A stretch of DNA of 64,000 bases from the IMG/VR virus record IMGVR_UViG_3300042905_003268, positions 1-64,000 of that record; one strand, 5' to 3'. A model generated the notes under the pieces. The model was not told where the DNA came from and did not search any database. It was given only the letters and a program-made list of their open reading frames with translations. The first letter of the stretch is position 1. Every line of letters begins with the position of its first letter. Position numbers and translations under genes: made by a program. Below, piece by piece: positions 34,789 to 45,208 of the stretch. Source of the stretch: a virus.

Positions 34789-35454
34789 TTACCATTCAAC
34801 ATTTGATGATGATGAACCGCTCTCTTCTCCACCGGAAACACCTGTGTAGAAACCTTCTTGCTCATCGTAAGGAACATCACGAACTGCCAACTTCTCAAGA
34901 TCGAACAGTTCTAGTTCGTCAATATCTACTGGATCTGAATCAGTAGGAAGTGGAATGATGCTGTAGTTTGTATCAGTACGCTCTCCTGTGCGCTTCAATC
35001 GCCAGGTATTGGAAGTGATGCTTCCAGTCTCTCCAGCGTACTGGATAATCTCAGGAGTGGCTGACTTGGGACCAGTACCCTGAGAGAAAATTGCAACGTA
35101 TGGATCTTCATTGCCATCGTTTACAAGGATGTTGCAGTAGAGTCGGCTACGACCCTTCCACCCAGCCTTTGGGTCACGACGATGCATCTCGCATCCAAAG
35201 CATCGACCCTGATCTTCAATGCTGCAAAGAGCCTTGCGACGGTAGTCAGATGGATTGGTATGCTCAACAGCAATAAATGCTAGTCCAGCCTTATCGCTAT
35301 AATTTGGTGAATCAGGATCTAGTTCCTGAAGAAATTTAATCTTAACACTCTGGCCATCGTTCAACTTTAGCCAGCGACCGCGAGGACCGTCTGAAGAAGC
35401 AGCGGGGCGATCAATTGTTTGGTTCATGGCCTTAAGACCTTTTACTAATCCCAT
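34789..35454 (-). CDS. Single-stranded DNA-binding protein (gp32-like)
   Basis: WLKL.DGQSVKIKFL, Zn ligands H..C..C..C, acidic tail ending in W; position in replication block. Confidence 0.7.
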   Translation of the reverse strand: MGLVKGLKAMNQTIDRPAASSDGPRGRWLKLNDGQSVKIKFLQELDPDSPNYSDKAGLAFIAVEHTNPSDYRRKALCSIEDQGRCFGCEMHRRDPKAGWKGRSRLYCNILVNDGNEDPYVAIFSQGTGPKSATPEIIQYAGETGSITSNTWRLKRTGERTDTNYSIIPLPTDSDPVDIDELELFDLEKLAVRDVPYDEQEGFYTGVSGGEESGSSSSNVEW

Positions 35455-35498
35455 TGTATATCTCCTATGTATATTGGGCTATATTGTGCCCTGTACTA

Positions 35499-36458
35499 CT
35501 ATTGTACCATTCTGTATTCGTAGTCTGCAAGGGAATTTTCTATACAAGTTTTAATCTCTTCTTCTGTCATGTCCCCTACGTCTTTAGCGTCATGTGGATA
35601 TAGAATATCATTTGAGTAGTGTGCCCACAAGACTTCTTTTGTCTTTAATGTATTTGCTACTAATTTTCCAAGGCTTCTTCCCGCCTCGTCAGCATCAGTC
35701 ATAATAATAATTTTACTGAAGTTTCTATTAAGATTATTAAGATTCATCTTTGACATGGAACCTCCTAGAGAGGCTACAACATTTGGATATCCAGACTGAT
35801 GTACTCTAATCGCATCAAAGGAGGACTCTACAATGATGGCAGTCCCGCCCATTCTTTTGGCACGATGAATATTAAACATAGTCTTATTTCTTGGCAGCCC
35901 TGTACTATTCTTAAAAGACTTACCCTCTATTGATCTACCTACAAGACCTACTGGAATTCCATCTGGTGAATGTACTGGAACAATTACCATATCTTGGCTT
36001 GCAGAATATCCAAGTTTAAAGTGATCTATTGATTCATCATTAATTCCACGACCATTTAGATATTCTCTAGATCTATCATTTATCTGAGAGTGTAGGCGAT
36101 CTAAGACATTCTGGTCAAAGTCGGCGTACTCAGGCTTATCATCTAATACTTCTGCCAACTCCTCCTCAAAGTTCTGCTCTGCTGTCTGTTGAGCAGACAT
36201 GATAAACCTTAAGGCTTCGAACTCGTTGCGGTGTGTAATATTTTTTACCAACTCAACAATAGTTCCGCTGACACCACACGATGGATTAAAACATAAATAC
36301 AACCCCTTCTGATGACTTACTGAAAATGATGGAGTATGCCTATTGCCGTGGAATGGGCATAGGCATAAAAAATCATTAGAGGTTTCACTTACAACGTGCA
36401 GGCCAAGCAGCCTTACTATCGCTCGCATATGCGAGGGGCTGTAAGTTTCCAATAGCAT
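35499..36458 (-). CDS. dnaG: DNA primase (CHC2 Zn finger plus Toprim)
   Basis: CPFH..TPSF, IVESSFDA, DADEAG, KDVGDM. Confidence 0.9.
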   Translation of the reverse strand: MLLETYSPSHMRAIVRLLGLHVVSETSNDFLCLCPFHGNRHTPSFSVSHQKGLYLCFNPSCGVSGTIVELVKNITHRNEFEALRFIMSAQQTAEQNFEEELAEVLDDKPEYADFDQNVLDRLHSQINDRSREYLNGRGINDESIDHFKLGYSASQDMVIVPVHSPDGIPVGLVGRSIEGKSFKNSTGLPRNKTMFNIHRAKRMGGTAIIVESSFDAIRVHQSGYPNVVASLGGSMSKMNLNNLNRNFSKIIIMTDADEAGRSLGKLVANTLKTKEVLWAHYSNDILYPHDAKDVGDMTEEEIKTCIENSLADYEYRMVQ

Positions 36459-36466
36459 TACTTTCC

Positions 36467-36745
36467 TTATTCTTTAGGAATTAAACTCTGTCCTGAAAAG
36501 CCTTCATATAGGTGTGCCTTTTTCTTACCAACATATACACCATACACTACTATATCAAATTCATATTTATCTTGCTCTTCATCATATAATAAAGAAAACT
36601 GAATGTCTAGGTCAAGTATGGGGACATATCCCTGTTCTCTCATATCAGATTCTATGAGTCTTTCATACTCTAATCTTAACCTTGGTATTGCAGCATCATC
36701 ATGAATTTGACCCTGCATACCAAAACTCTTCAGTTTTTTATTCAT
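36467..36745 (-). CDS. Hypothetical protein
   Basis: ORF track. Confidence 0.75.
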   Translation of the reverse strand: MNKKLKSFGMQGQIHDDAAIPRLRLEYERLIESDMREQGYVPILDLDIQFSLLYDEEQDKYEFDIVVYGVYVGKKKAHLYEGFSGQSLIPKE

Positions 36746-36763
36746 GGTATATTTAATTATACA

Positions 36764-37990
36764 TTAGACTGGTATATCATCGTAAATCTCTTTTACAACT
36801 CCACGGTCAATGTCCCAGTCTAGATAGAACGCAAAATCGGTTCCATGTCGATTCTTGCGACTAACTACTTCAATGATATTAGTGTTAGGATGACGATGGA
36901 CAGCCATAGCCATATCAGCGTCATATTCGATAGCCTTTGACCATGCTACCTGTGATAGCAATGGAGGGGCATCTTGGTCAGATACGTCATCCATTGTGGC
37001 TGCTGTAATATCAATTACAGGAATATTGTTACGAACTGCTAGTAGTTTGAATTCCCGCGAGATATTGCGGTTCCTCTCAACTTCAGAATTAGATCGCTTA
37101 GTGTCATTAAACAACTGGTGATAATCCAAGATAACAAGGTCGGGGCGATGCTGATCGATCTTACCCTGGACCGTCTGCGGCGTAACTTCATTTGTTCCCT
37201 CGTTAGATACTAGAATAAAACTATTCTTGTCATCAAAGCGCTTCTTAGCCCAATTATGAAAGTCATCAATGTTAATATTTCCACGGGAGAAGTCTGAAGC
37301 CCTAAACATACCGCTACCAAGCATGGTGTAAATTCGGTCACGCATATTCTCTGGACTCATCTCTAGAGATACAATCATAGGCTTAAATCCCTGCTCCCAT
37401 GCCTTACATGCTAGATATGAAGTAAGCCATGTCTTGCCACGACCAGGCCAGCCAATAGCAACAATAAGATGGCCTGGAGCCATACCAGTAGGATAAGCAA
37501 GATCTAGAGCGGTGAAACCAGTTTTAATTCCTGGACTACCACCCATAATTGCTGACCGTTCCTGGACAGCGACAATGTGCTTCTCTGCCAACTCATAGTC
37601 TATTAGGTCAACATCTCTTACATTGTTAGTTAACCTTGATAGTGAAGCAATCTCTGACTGCATATCGGCAAGCACCCTGGCAGCAGCATTATCTTTAAGG
37701 GATGCGCCACTCTTCATAAGAAGACTACGCATACGAGAAGCAAGATACTCATTCTTTAATTGATCAAGATAGTACCCAGTCTCAGCAGTTACCTTAACAG
37801 GCTCAAAATCTCGAAACTTCTCCTGAAGCACATTGGCATCTGGAACAGACTTAAACTTGTAATAGTAAGACTTTAGACCTTCCCAAACGTCACGGTGTGA
37901 CTGGAAGATATCATCAACATTATCTGCCAGAATCGTAGCAATATCCTTATTCTGACATACTGATGTAATTACTGCTGCCTCTGTGTTCAT
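36764..37990 (-). CDS. dnaB: Replicative helicase DnaB-like
   Basis: GWPGRGKT, SLEMS, LDYHQL, IEYDAD, KNRHG. Confidence 0.93.
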   Translation of the reverse strand: MNTEAAVITSVCQNKDIATILADNVDDIFQSHRDVWEGLKSYYYKFKSVPDANVLQEKFRDFEPVKVTAETGYYLDQLKNEYLASRMRSLLMKSGASLKDNAAARVLADMQSEIASLSRLTNNVRDVDLIDYELAEKHIVAVQERSAIMGGSPGIKTGFTALDLAYPTGMAPGHLIVAIGWPGRGKTWLTSYLACKAWEQGFKPMIVSLEMSPENMRDRIYTMLGSGMFRASDFSRGNINIDDFHNWAKKRFDDKNSFILVSNEGTNEVTPQTVQGKIDQHRPDLVILDYHQLFNDTKRSNSEVERNRNISREFKLLAVRNNIPVIDITAATMDDVSDQDAPPLLSQVAWSKAIEYDADMAMAVHRHPNTNIIEVVSRKNRHGTDFAFYLDWDIDRGVVKEIYDDIPV

Positions 37991-38310
37991 GACATTTCCT
38001 CCACCATTTTCTTAGTAGCCTCTCGCAACATCTGGCGACGACGGGAATCTTCATCTGATTGTATCAGCATGTCATCTAATCTATCGAAATTATAGAAGAA
38101 CCATTGAAGTGGATGCCCCTGCTTAGTAACACGAAAATAATACTCAAGCAGTTCTCTCGCCCTGTCATATCCGACTGATTCGATAACATCTTGCATTGCC
38201 CACTTTTCTTTAAACTTATTAAGTCGGGCAACCTTGCTATACTTTTCAGAGTACAATCTTTCATAGAGGCTTAGAAGTGCGTAGGGCTGCTTTGCATCAG
38301 CCTTAGCCAT
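37987..38310 (-). CDS. Hypothetical protein
   Basis: ORF track, coupled to dnaB. Confidence 0.75.
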   Translation of the reverse strand: MAKADAKQPYALLSLYERLYSEKYSKVARLNKFKEKWAMQDVIESVGYDRARELLEYYFRVTKQGHPLQWFFYNFDRLDDMLIQSDEDSRRRQMLREATKKMVEEMS

Positions 38311-38524
38311 TCTTTAACTCCTTCTCAATATCGGAGACCTTTTCTACGATTTTGCTTTCTACGAAATCATACACTCTATCGGTTGCTGCGTCAACAGTTT
38401 CTCCCTGCCGAACATAATCTTCTACTCCGATAGATACTCTAAGGCTTTCATAGTTTCCAAGATTTCTTACAAATTGCAGTTCAACCCTGACATTAGTTGA
38501 TTCATGGTTGTGAGTTGTCATCAA
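38303..38524 (-). CDS. Hypothetical protein (NLGNYESLR)
   Basis: ORF track. Confidence 0.75.
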   Translation of the reverse strand: MMTTHNHESTNVRVELQFVRNLGNYESLRVSIGVEDYVRQGETVDAATDRVYDFVESKIVEKVSDIEKELKNG

Positions 38525-38741
38525 TAAATCCTAACTTTAGTTGTTCAGAACTTGCTTCTTCTTCAAAATGGGAAAGCATGGCATAAAGTCTAAGCCATCT
38601 GTCTGAAACTGCCAGCATGGAGTCAACGTCCCTATGCTCAATCGCAAAGTCAAATGCTGCCATTAAAGACGTAGCACATTCATTAAGTATCCCGTCTTGA
38701 TCTAAAACTAAAGGATCTTCTTCTTTTTTCTTTTTACCCAT
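38502..38741 (-). CDS. Hypothetical protein
   Basis: ORF track; start at MGKKK. Confidence 0.65.
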   Translation of the reverse strand: MGKKKKEEDPLVLDQDGILNECATSLMAAFDFAIEHRDVDSMLAVSDRWLRLYAMLSHFEEEASSEQLKLGFIDDNSQP

Positions 38742-38743
38742 TA

Positions 38744-39292
38744 TCACCAATCTGGTTGTTTCCATACTGGCACAAACTCGCCAGATGAATCCTTAGTATA
38801 CAAAACTTTATCTTCATTCATAAGGGCTTCTAGTTCTGCTCTAGAAACTAAATTACTATTAGTTATTTCACCATCTTTTCTAGGGCGACCGCGATGGACA
38901 GTTAATAGATATTCGTGTAAGTCTCTCATATCATTTTTAGAAAATAAAAATCCAGAAGGTCTTCCAGTTTCAATAGAGTATATTTGCTTAGGTCTTTTTA
39001 TGTTTCCATTCTGTATATACCTATGAATTATTAATCTATTTCTATTAAAAATACTAGCAACACTTTTCATTGTAAAGCCTTTTTCTATGTCTCTTTTTGC
39101 CACAGACCATACATATGTAACTCGTTTTTTTTGATCATAATTCCATGATATAAGAAGATCCTCAGACCTTGATATTTTTATTGTTTTGTGCGGTTCTCCA
39201 TTTAAATAAAAATAATTTAGGCTAGTTCTTTTTGAGATTCTATTTGACTTAGCCACGGTCCAAACGCTCCCTTGCTTCTTTGAATAAACCAT
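38744..39292 (-). CDS. Putative DNA-binding protein (MerR-like HTH, GRPRK AT-hook)
   Basis: FTMKSVASIFNR...I.RP; HRGRPRKDG. Confidence 0.6.
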   Translation of the reverse strand: MVYSKKQGSVWTVAKSNRISKRTSLNYFYLNGEPHKTIKISRSEDLLISWNYDQKKRVTYVWSVAKRDIEKGFTMKSVASIFNRNRLIIHRYIQNGNIKRPKQIYSIETGRPSGFLFSKNDMRDLHEYLLTVHRGRPRKDGEITNSNLVSRAELEALMNEDKVLYTKDSSGEFVPVWKQPDW

Positions 39293-39390
39293 CTCTTACC
39301 GCACCTAAGGCAGAATAAATCAAGTCTGAGAGGGCTGGAGAATACTCTATCAATGTAGACGCTACCCTTGCATTTCTTATGAGTCATCAT
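39217..39390 (-). CDS. Small Zn-ribbon protein
   Basis: KKCKG.VYIDR...FCLRCGKRW. Confidence 0.65.
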   Translation of the reverse strand: MMTHKKCKGSVYIDRVFSSPLRLDLFCLRCGKRWFIQRSKGAFGPWLSQIESQKELA

Positions 39391-40142
39391 GCCGTAAATA
39401 TCTTTCCATCCACTACGCATGTGTAATCATGAATTTGAATCAATTGCATATGAGGATAATCATTAACTACATGTGCGACGGCAAATCCTGCCTGCCAATT
39501 CTTTTGGATAGAGTAATCCATCTGATCTTCATCGCACAAGTGGCCTATTTCATATCCGCGTAATTCCTGACCACTTAGGTTATATGTTTGGAAATATGCA
39601 CCCATTCTATGTGAATGTCCACGCACTAGAGATACGCCCCAGTTATTTACGTCATTGCGGACTGACTCTCCGGCGTGCTTAGAGATAGACTCTCCATGGT
39701 GACCATAGATATCTCCAAAGCGCCGTACCGGAGGCTCGTTCCAATTGTGCCACTCAAACCCAGCATTGGAGTAATCATATAGTGTATCTGCTGTTATTAT
39801 TTCAAGGAACTGCGGCGCTTTCTTAGCAAGGTATTCGCCGTGGCGAGTCCAGCCATGATTCCCATCGTGAAAATGACAATCAGCATTGGGGACGATCTTT
39901 CTGATATCTTTAAGGAACTGCTTTGTCTCACGGACTCCTCCATCATCTATAGAAATTGACATTTCTAGTGGCTTATCTGCTGCCCACCTACTAGTGGAAT
40001 CTGCATCGTCAATGTCACCAAGCAGATCTACTGCGTCTGGCTTAAACCACTTCATAACTTTAAGAAATAGGTCTACCTTACGCGGGTCGTGCCTAGGGAA
40101 GTGAACGTCTGAAACCATCATCCACTTTAGGTCGTTATTCAT
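39387..40142 (-). CDS. Calcineurin-like metallophosphoesterase
   Basis: SDVH, LGD, GNH, HG, GHSH. Confidence 0.88.
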   Translation of the reverse strand: MNNDLKWMMVSDVHFPRHDPRKVDLFLKVMKWFKPDAVDLLGDIDDADSTSRWAADKPLEMSISIDDGGVRETKQFLKDIRKIVPNADCHFHDGNHGWTRHGEYLAKKAPQFLEIITADTLYDYSNAGFEWHNWNEPPVRRFGDIYGHHGESISKHAGESVRNDVNNWGVSLVRGHSHRMGAYFQTYNLSGQELRGYEIGHLCDEDQMDYSIQKNWQAGFAVAHVVNDYPHMQLIQIHDYTCVVDGKIFTA

Positions 40143-40153
40143 AAAATTCCTAT

Positions 40154-40414
40154 CTATTTATGCGCTTTCATATGTTGAGCGCGGGTACATACGAAAAGAT
40201 TATACTCCTCGTTGCATTGTTTGTCACCATTAATGTGATGTACGGTTTCCCAGTCTTTTAATATTCTACAATATTTTTTTTCCATGACCAGTCTATGCTC
40301 ATAGTACCAGCCGCCTCCGAAGCACTTGGGATGCTCTGGAACCCATATTAATACATACCCATCTCGTATTATTTTTTTCTTTTTATTCCATAAGGCAATA
40401 GGATTATATTTCAT
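40154..40414 (-). CDS. HNH endonuclease (HNH_3 type)
   Basis: EHRLVME, VHHINGDK..N..NL. Confidence 0.85.
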   Translation of the reverse strand: MKYNPIALWNKKKKIIRDGYVLIWVPEHPKCFGGGWYYEHRLVMEKKYCRILKDWETVHHINGDKQCNEEYNLFVCTRAQHMKAHK

Positions 40415-40803
40415 TAATCCGTTTCGCCCATTGCAATGCAATGAACTCTAGTTGATGGGGCAGAATTAATTATCTTAAACTTTACTCTGTCCTTAGTTAA
40501 TTCTATTATATAAACATATGGATTTTTATCAGTAGACTGAGACATATTTTCTGCAGTTAAAACTACTGCTGGTGGATTTTTATAATTAGATCCGAATGAA
40601 AATTCTAATTTATCATTCTTATTAAATAGTTTTCTATCAGCAAAAAACGCCAGATTCTCTAAATCTTTGAATGAACCCTGAATGGAACTAAAAGATTTTT
40701 TTAATTTAGTCAACTGTTCCTCAACAGAATTTATCTTTTCAGATAAATCTTTGAGCATCTTATAGTCTATTCTTGCGTATGCTTCATTAATGTCTACTGT
40801 CAT
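40414..40803 (-). CDS. Small tail-fibre-associated protein (coiled coil plus H-lectin-like)
   Basis: F..NYKNPPAVVLT...VHCIAMG. Confidence 0.55.
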   Translation of the reverse strand: MTVDINEAYARIDYKMLKDLSEKINSVEEQLTKLKKSFSSIQGSFKDLENLAFFADRKLFNKNDKLEFSFGSNYKNPPAVVLTAENMSQSTDKNPYVYIIELTKDRVKFKIINSAPSTRVHCIAMGETD

Positions 40804-40805
40804 TT

Positions 40806-40967
40806 TTATTCAGATTCTTTCATCAATTCTTTAATCTTTTCATCTCGTAATGATATTTCTTCTGTCGCCTGTGCTTTTAACATAGCCATCTGAATTTCGT
40901 AATTAGATGTAATTTGACCAATTCTATTCTGTAGTTCTTGTACTACTAATTCTATTGTACTGGACAT
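40806..40967 (-). CDS. 53 aa coiled-coil microprotein
   Basis: ELVVQELQNRIGQITSNYE; TAATG coupling. Confidence 0.65.
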   Translation of the reverse strand: MSSTIELVVQELQNRIGQITSNYEIQMAMLKAQATEEISLRDEKIKELMKESE

Positions 40968-41215
40968 TAAACTACCTCTTCTATTTCTGGATACTCTAAT
41001 AATAATTCTTGCAACCTAGAAATTAATATTTCTTCTTTTATATCATACTTTGCTAATTCTGCTTCACAAGATAGAATTATTAACGAATTTGGATCGGGAA
41101 GTCCCTGCTCTTGTAAAATACTCAAATCGGCTATATACCTATTATATTGAACATTTTTTATTTGAGACCTTACGATTTGTTTTTTTTCTTCTCCTGATAA
41201 TTCACTATAAGACAT
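40967..41215 (-). CDS. Hypothetical protein
   Basis: GGAGG RBS and TATAAT upstream. Confidence 0.7.
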   Translation of the reverse strand: MSYSELSGEEKKQIVRSQIKNVQYNRYIADLSILQEQGLPDPNSLIILSCEAELAKYDIKEEILISRLQELLLEYPEIEEVV

Positions 41216-41245
41216 TGTTCCTCCATTCACTATTATACATCATAC

Positions 41246-41800
41246 TTATTCATTTACCGGACAATCATTTAACCATCCAACTATAACATATTTTTTACCT
41301 TCAGTAACGGGGAGGGCAGCATGATTGTAAATAAAGTTTGATGGGAAAATAACCAATTTTGGAGTCTTCGGCTTTACGTTTAGGTCAAAGAACTGGAAGT
41401 AGGTTTCTCCTCCAGAGTACTCACCTGGGTTTAAATATACTAAAATAGATATTGTTCTATAAAAAACATAATCACTATCAGAGTGTGGGAGGTACTGTCC
41501 TCCCTTAGAATATTTTAATATTCCTAAATCTACATTTTTTGTATAACTTGTTATGTATTTTTCACAGTAGTCGTCTATGCATTGATAAATATATAATTTT
41601 ATTTTTTCTACAACATCGCTACTTTGGTCTAATAAATAATTTTTACTGGATCTAATAGATGTATTTATTTGATCTACCCCAACTCCAGAATTAACCCAAC
41701 TATATATGTCGCTATTTATAATTTGATTATTTATCTCGTTGCATAGATTTTCTGGAAAATCATATTCTCTAATTCCTAAGGATAATTCTTTAGAATTCAT
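41246..41800 (-). CDS. 2OG-Fe(II) oxygenase, prolyl-4-hydroxylase type
   Basis: LKYSKGG.Y.PHSD, RTISILVYLN...GGET, FPSN...HAALPVTEGKKY. Confidence 0.9.
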   Translation of the reverse strand: MNSKELSLGIREYDFPENLCNEINNQIINSDIYSWVNSGVGVDQINTSIRSSKNYLLDQSSDVVEKIKLYIYQCIDDYCEKYITSYTKNVDLGILKYSKGGQYLPHSDSDYVFYRTISILVYLNPGEYSGGETYFQFFDLNVKPKTPKLVIFPSNFIYNHAALPVTEGKKYVIVGWLNDCPVNE

Positions 41801-41847
41801 ACTGACTCCGTACTATAATGGTTTTATTATACTAGATTGGATTATAA

Positions 41848-42420
41848 ATGCCTCACGAAAATAAAAGTTTTTATATGGTTAAAAATGCCATTCCTGCAGA
41901 AATGTCAAAACTTATTTACCAGTATGCCATTTTTGATCAAATAAAAACTGGTAGAGTGGGGGATCATCAAGTTCCTACGGCTCATGGTAAGTATGCAGAT
42001 CCCCTAATGGAGTCTTTGCTTTTACTTGTTCAGCCTATTATTGAAAAAACAACAGGTCTTTCTCTATATCCAACATATGCTTATTATAGAATATATAGAA
42101 GAGGAGATATTCTAAAGCCACATTATGATCGTCCGTCCTGTGAAATATCTGCAAGTTTATGTATCGGACATAATTACGAAAATTATGAATGGCCCCTATT
42201 TGTTGATGACTCCAAAATAATATTAGAGCCTACAGATCTAGCAATTTATAAAGGTTTGGATTCGTTGCATTGGCGAGATGAATTTTTAGGACCGCATAAT
42301 GCTGTTCAAGTTCAAGCCTTTTTGCATTATGTGGACGAAAATGGTCCCTACCAGGAATACAAATACGATGGTCGTCCTGCGGTGGGATTTCCATCATCAT
42401 CTAAAAGAATTATTGACTAA
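41848..42420 (+). CDS. 2OG-Fe(II) oxygenase
   Basis: [34 protein letters not shown]. Confidence 0.85.
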   Translation: MPHENKSFYMVKNAIPAEMSKLIYQYAIFDQIKTGRVGDHQVPTAHGKYADPLMESLLLLVQPIIEKTTGLSLYPTYAYYRIYRRGDILKPHYDRPSCEISASLCIGHNYENYEWPLFVDDSKIILEPTDLAIYKGLDSLHWRDEFLGPHNAVQVQAFLHYVDENGPYQEYKYDGRPAVGFPSSSKRIID

Positions 42421-45208
42421 GCCATTCTTTTCTATTGTATACGAGAGCATTTTGTGTAAAGAATATATCGTACGGTTCGCAATCAACAACATATACGATT
42501 TCTTCTATGTCTGTAGCAATTTCTACTGAATCTATTTGTCTCCACCCCATTAAATTATAATCAAATATCTTATATGTTGTATCTAAAAATACTGACTGAG
42601 TAAACGAGTACACCCCGTCCTTTTCAACCAAAATATTATGATTATCGGTAAACCATTCATTGTTTATTTTAACCATAGTGCCAGTAACTCGTCTTGCATA
42701 AATATTAGTTACTTCTGTTGTTGTGTATCCATTATTTGTGAAGGTTTCAGAACTCCAATTATCTACATCGAAAGTCTCTCCTGCTAATGGCACTTCAGAA
42801 ATATCTAAGGACACAAGCATATCTCCTATAGACAAGTACTTTACTTCAACATATCCATAGTCTCTAGTAAGAACTTTTGTATCTGGTCCAAGGCTAGTTG
42901 CTGGTGGTGGTTTTGGTGCTGGTGTAGGCGTTGGTGTAGGCGTGGGTGTAGGCGTGGGTGTGGGTGTAGGCGTGGGTGTGGGTGTGGGTGTGGGTGTAGG
43001 CGTGGGTGTAGGCGTGGGTGTGGGTGTAGGCGTGGGTGTGGGTGTTGGTGTTGGTGTTGGGGCGGGACTTGGTGTTGTGAATGATGTGCTAGACGTTGAA
43101 CTACCTCCTGCACCAGTTGCCGTTAGAGTTGCAGTATAAGAAGTTCCCGTGGAAAGGTCACTATCGAATCCTACCCCAACAGAAAGACTGGTTGATGTTG
43201 TTGAATAACTAGTACTTCCTCCAAATGGGTTAGATATTACAATAGAATAAGAACTTGCATTAGTAGCAGACCATGACAGAGTAGCAGTTGTTGTTGTTGA
43301 GGAAGCACTAAAAGAAAAAATAGTGGGTGGAGGTGGTGGAGGACTTGTGGTTGTAAATGAAACGCCGTTTGAATTAGTCACTTGCATTGTGTCACCAGCA
43401 TAATTTATCGCTGCAACCTGAGCGTAGTAATTCCGTCCTGGTTCTAAACCTGTTGCAGTATATGGACTAGAAACATTAGAATATGTAAAGTCGAACTCTC
43501 CAATTACGTCTGTCACAAAAAGGGTGTACTCCGTGGCATAGGAGGAGTTGGTCCAACTAAATTTTGCAGAGTTTTGTCCTACATCACTTACAGATAGACT
43601 AAATGCTCCTGGATTTGGGGGATATGTATTTGCCGTAACGGATGCTGAATATGGACCAGTTCCAGTAGGATTAACTCCTGCTACTCTAAAGTAGTATAAA
43701 GTTCCCGCCGATAATCCTGTAACTGTAAAATTAGAACTAGAAGTTCCATTTACTGTAGTCCATGTTGAATTGTCAGTACTGTATTGTATACGATAATACG
43801 GAGATGATAAATTAAATCCATATATCTCATTCCAAACTAAATACACCTGACTCTGACTTAATGTGTATGCTTGCAGTCCTGTCGGCGCTGGGGGAGGTGA
43901 AATTAGTGTAGTAAAACTTACAAGATTAGAGTTAGTAACATCTACTTCATTGACAGCCGCTACCTGTACATCATATGAAACTCCTGGAGATAGTCCTGTT
44001 AAAGTATAGAAGGTTGATGTAATATTACTTACGGACTCACCATTTCCAAACTGGTCGGTATAAAATACAACATAATAACTAGCATTACTTGATGCCGTCC
44101 AAGTTAAATTAACGCTATTCTGACCAACACTATTATATGAAAGTGTAAATGGCCCAGGAGAACTAAAAATAATTCCGGGCGAATTAGCAAAAGCATAGGC
44201 CCAGTCAGAAAATGTTGAATCAACCAAAAGCCTAGCGCCTACTCTGCATGTAACATAATATCCTATATCAGAATTTGATAAAGTATAACTTGAAAAAAAT
44301 GCTCCTGGTATCTCTGACCATGTAGAATTATTTAAACTTCTTACCCATTGATATGCATAAAACAATGTTCCAGTACCAGTCCATGTGCCATTACTATTTA
44401 CCTGTTGAGTAGATCCTACAATTCTAAAGCCCGTAGTAGTTGGAAGAACAGTATTTACTGGTGCTGGAGGTGGGTCTGTTGTAAATGGCGTTCCTGTAAG
44501 AGATGCCGTATTTCCAGTAGAAGATTTTATTATTATCTGTGGAGTATATTCTGTACTCGGATCTAAGTTTGAAAAACTATAAGATCTAGCAGAAGTACTA
44601 GATATTTCTCCACTATTTACCTGACCAGTTCCATCTCCAAAGGGGTAGTACAGGATTATTCTATATGTAGATTGATTTGTAGATTGCCATGAAAGTGTGG
44701 CGGAATTAAAAGTCTTTGATACTAAAACAAAATTAGAAACTGTAGGAATAATAGGTATGGAAACATTTTCACTATCCTGAGCCATTGTATCTGTTTCTGA
44801 ATAAACTCTTAAAGTAAAAACATAATTACCTGGAGAAATATTATTTGTAATTGTATATGTCTTTAATTGAGTATATACTTCTGTTGTTGTAAATACCTGA
44901 GATGGATTATCTGTCCTGTAATAAGATATTACTATATATTCTTGATATTCTGAATCCCAATTTAAAGTAACAGACGATGGTGTTGTAGAATAATCTGTTA
45001 TAGATACTGTTGGAGTTAAGGTTCCAAAAAACACCGTCCATCCTGTCATTGTGCCGAATGATGGTTCATATACCCACCCAACATCAACAGATTTCCAAGA
45101 TAGGTTAGTACCATCACCCACCCATACTGCACTTACTAATTTATTTCCTGAGTCTCCCCAGGCTGGGCTAGCATTTGTACTATCATATAGTCTTATTTGC
45201 TTTGGCAT
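42410..45208 (-). CDS. Tail fibre / receptor-binding protein: FN3 repeats, (Pro-Thr)n linker, C-terminal Hint domain
   Basis: Repeated L.W...Y...GL.PG..Y FN3 units; SLGPDTKV...TDNH...VYN Hint motifs. Confidence 0.8.
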   Translation of the reverse strand: MPKQIRLYDSTNASPAWGDSGNKLVSAVWVGDGTNLSWKSVDVGWVYEPSFGTMTGWTVFFGTLTPTVSITDYSTTPSSVTLNWDSEYQEYIVISYYRTDNPSQVFTTTEVYTQLKTYTITNNISPGNYVFTLRVYSETDTMAQDSENVSIPIIPTVSNFVLVSKTFNSATLSWQSTNQSTYRIILYYPFGDGTGQVNSGEISSTSARSYSFSNLDPSTEYTPQIIIKSSTGNTASLTGTPFTTDPPPAPVNTVLPTTTGFRIVGSTQQVNSNGTWTGTGTLFYAYQWVRSLNNSTWSEIPGAFFSSYTLSNSDIGYYVTCRVGARLLVDSTFSDWAYAFANSPGIIFSSPGPFTLSYNSVGQNSVNLTWTASSNASYYVVFYTDQFGNGESVSNITSTFYTLTGLSPGVSYDVQVAAVNEVDVTNSNLVSFTTLISPPPAPTGLQAYTLSQSQVYLVWNEIYGFNLSSPYYRIQYSTDNSTWTTVNGTSSSNFTVTGLSAGTLYYFRVAGVNPTGTGPYSASVTANTYPPNPGAFSLSVSDVGQNSAKFSWTNSSYATEYTLFVTDVIGEFDFTYSNVSSPYTATGLEPGRNYYAQVAAINYAGDTMQVTNSNGVSFTTTSPPPPPPTIFSFSASSTTTTATLSWSATNASSYSIVISNPFGGSTSYSTTSTSLSVGVGFDSDLSTGTSYTATLTATGAGGSSTSSTSFTTPSPAPTPTPTPTPTPTPTPTPTPTPTPTPTPTPTPTPTPTPTPTPTPTPTPAPKPPPATSLGPDTKVLTRDYGYVEVKYLSIGDMLVSLDISEVPLAGETFDVDNWSSETFTNNGYTTTEVTNIYARRVTGTMVKINNEWFTDNHNILVEKDGVYSFTQSVFLDTTYKIFDYNLMGWRQIDSVEIATDIEEIVYVVDCEPYDIFFTQNALVYNRKEWLSQ
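42921..43061 (-). repeat. 6 bp coding tandem repeat, (Pro-Thr) x ~23
   Basis: GGTGT(A/G/T)/GGCGT(G/T) units on + strand. Confidence 0.95.

Noticed and set aside
31452-37990. Inteins or introns in dnaE, primase or dnaB
   Set aside because: Lengths and motifs are continuous; no splicing motifs seen
42841-43139. Poly-(GV) and poly-(HP) ORFs
   Set aside because: Shadow frames of the (Pro-Thr)n repeat
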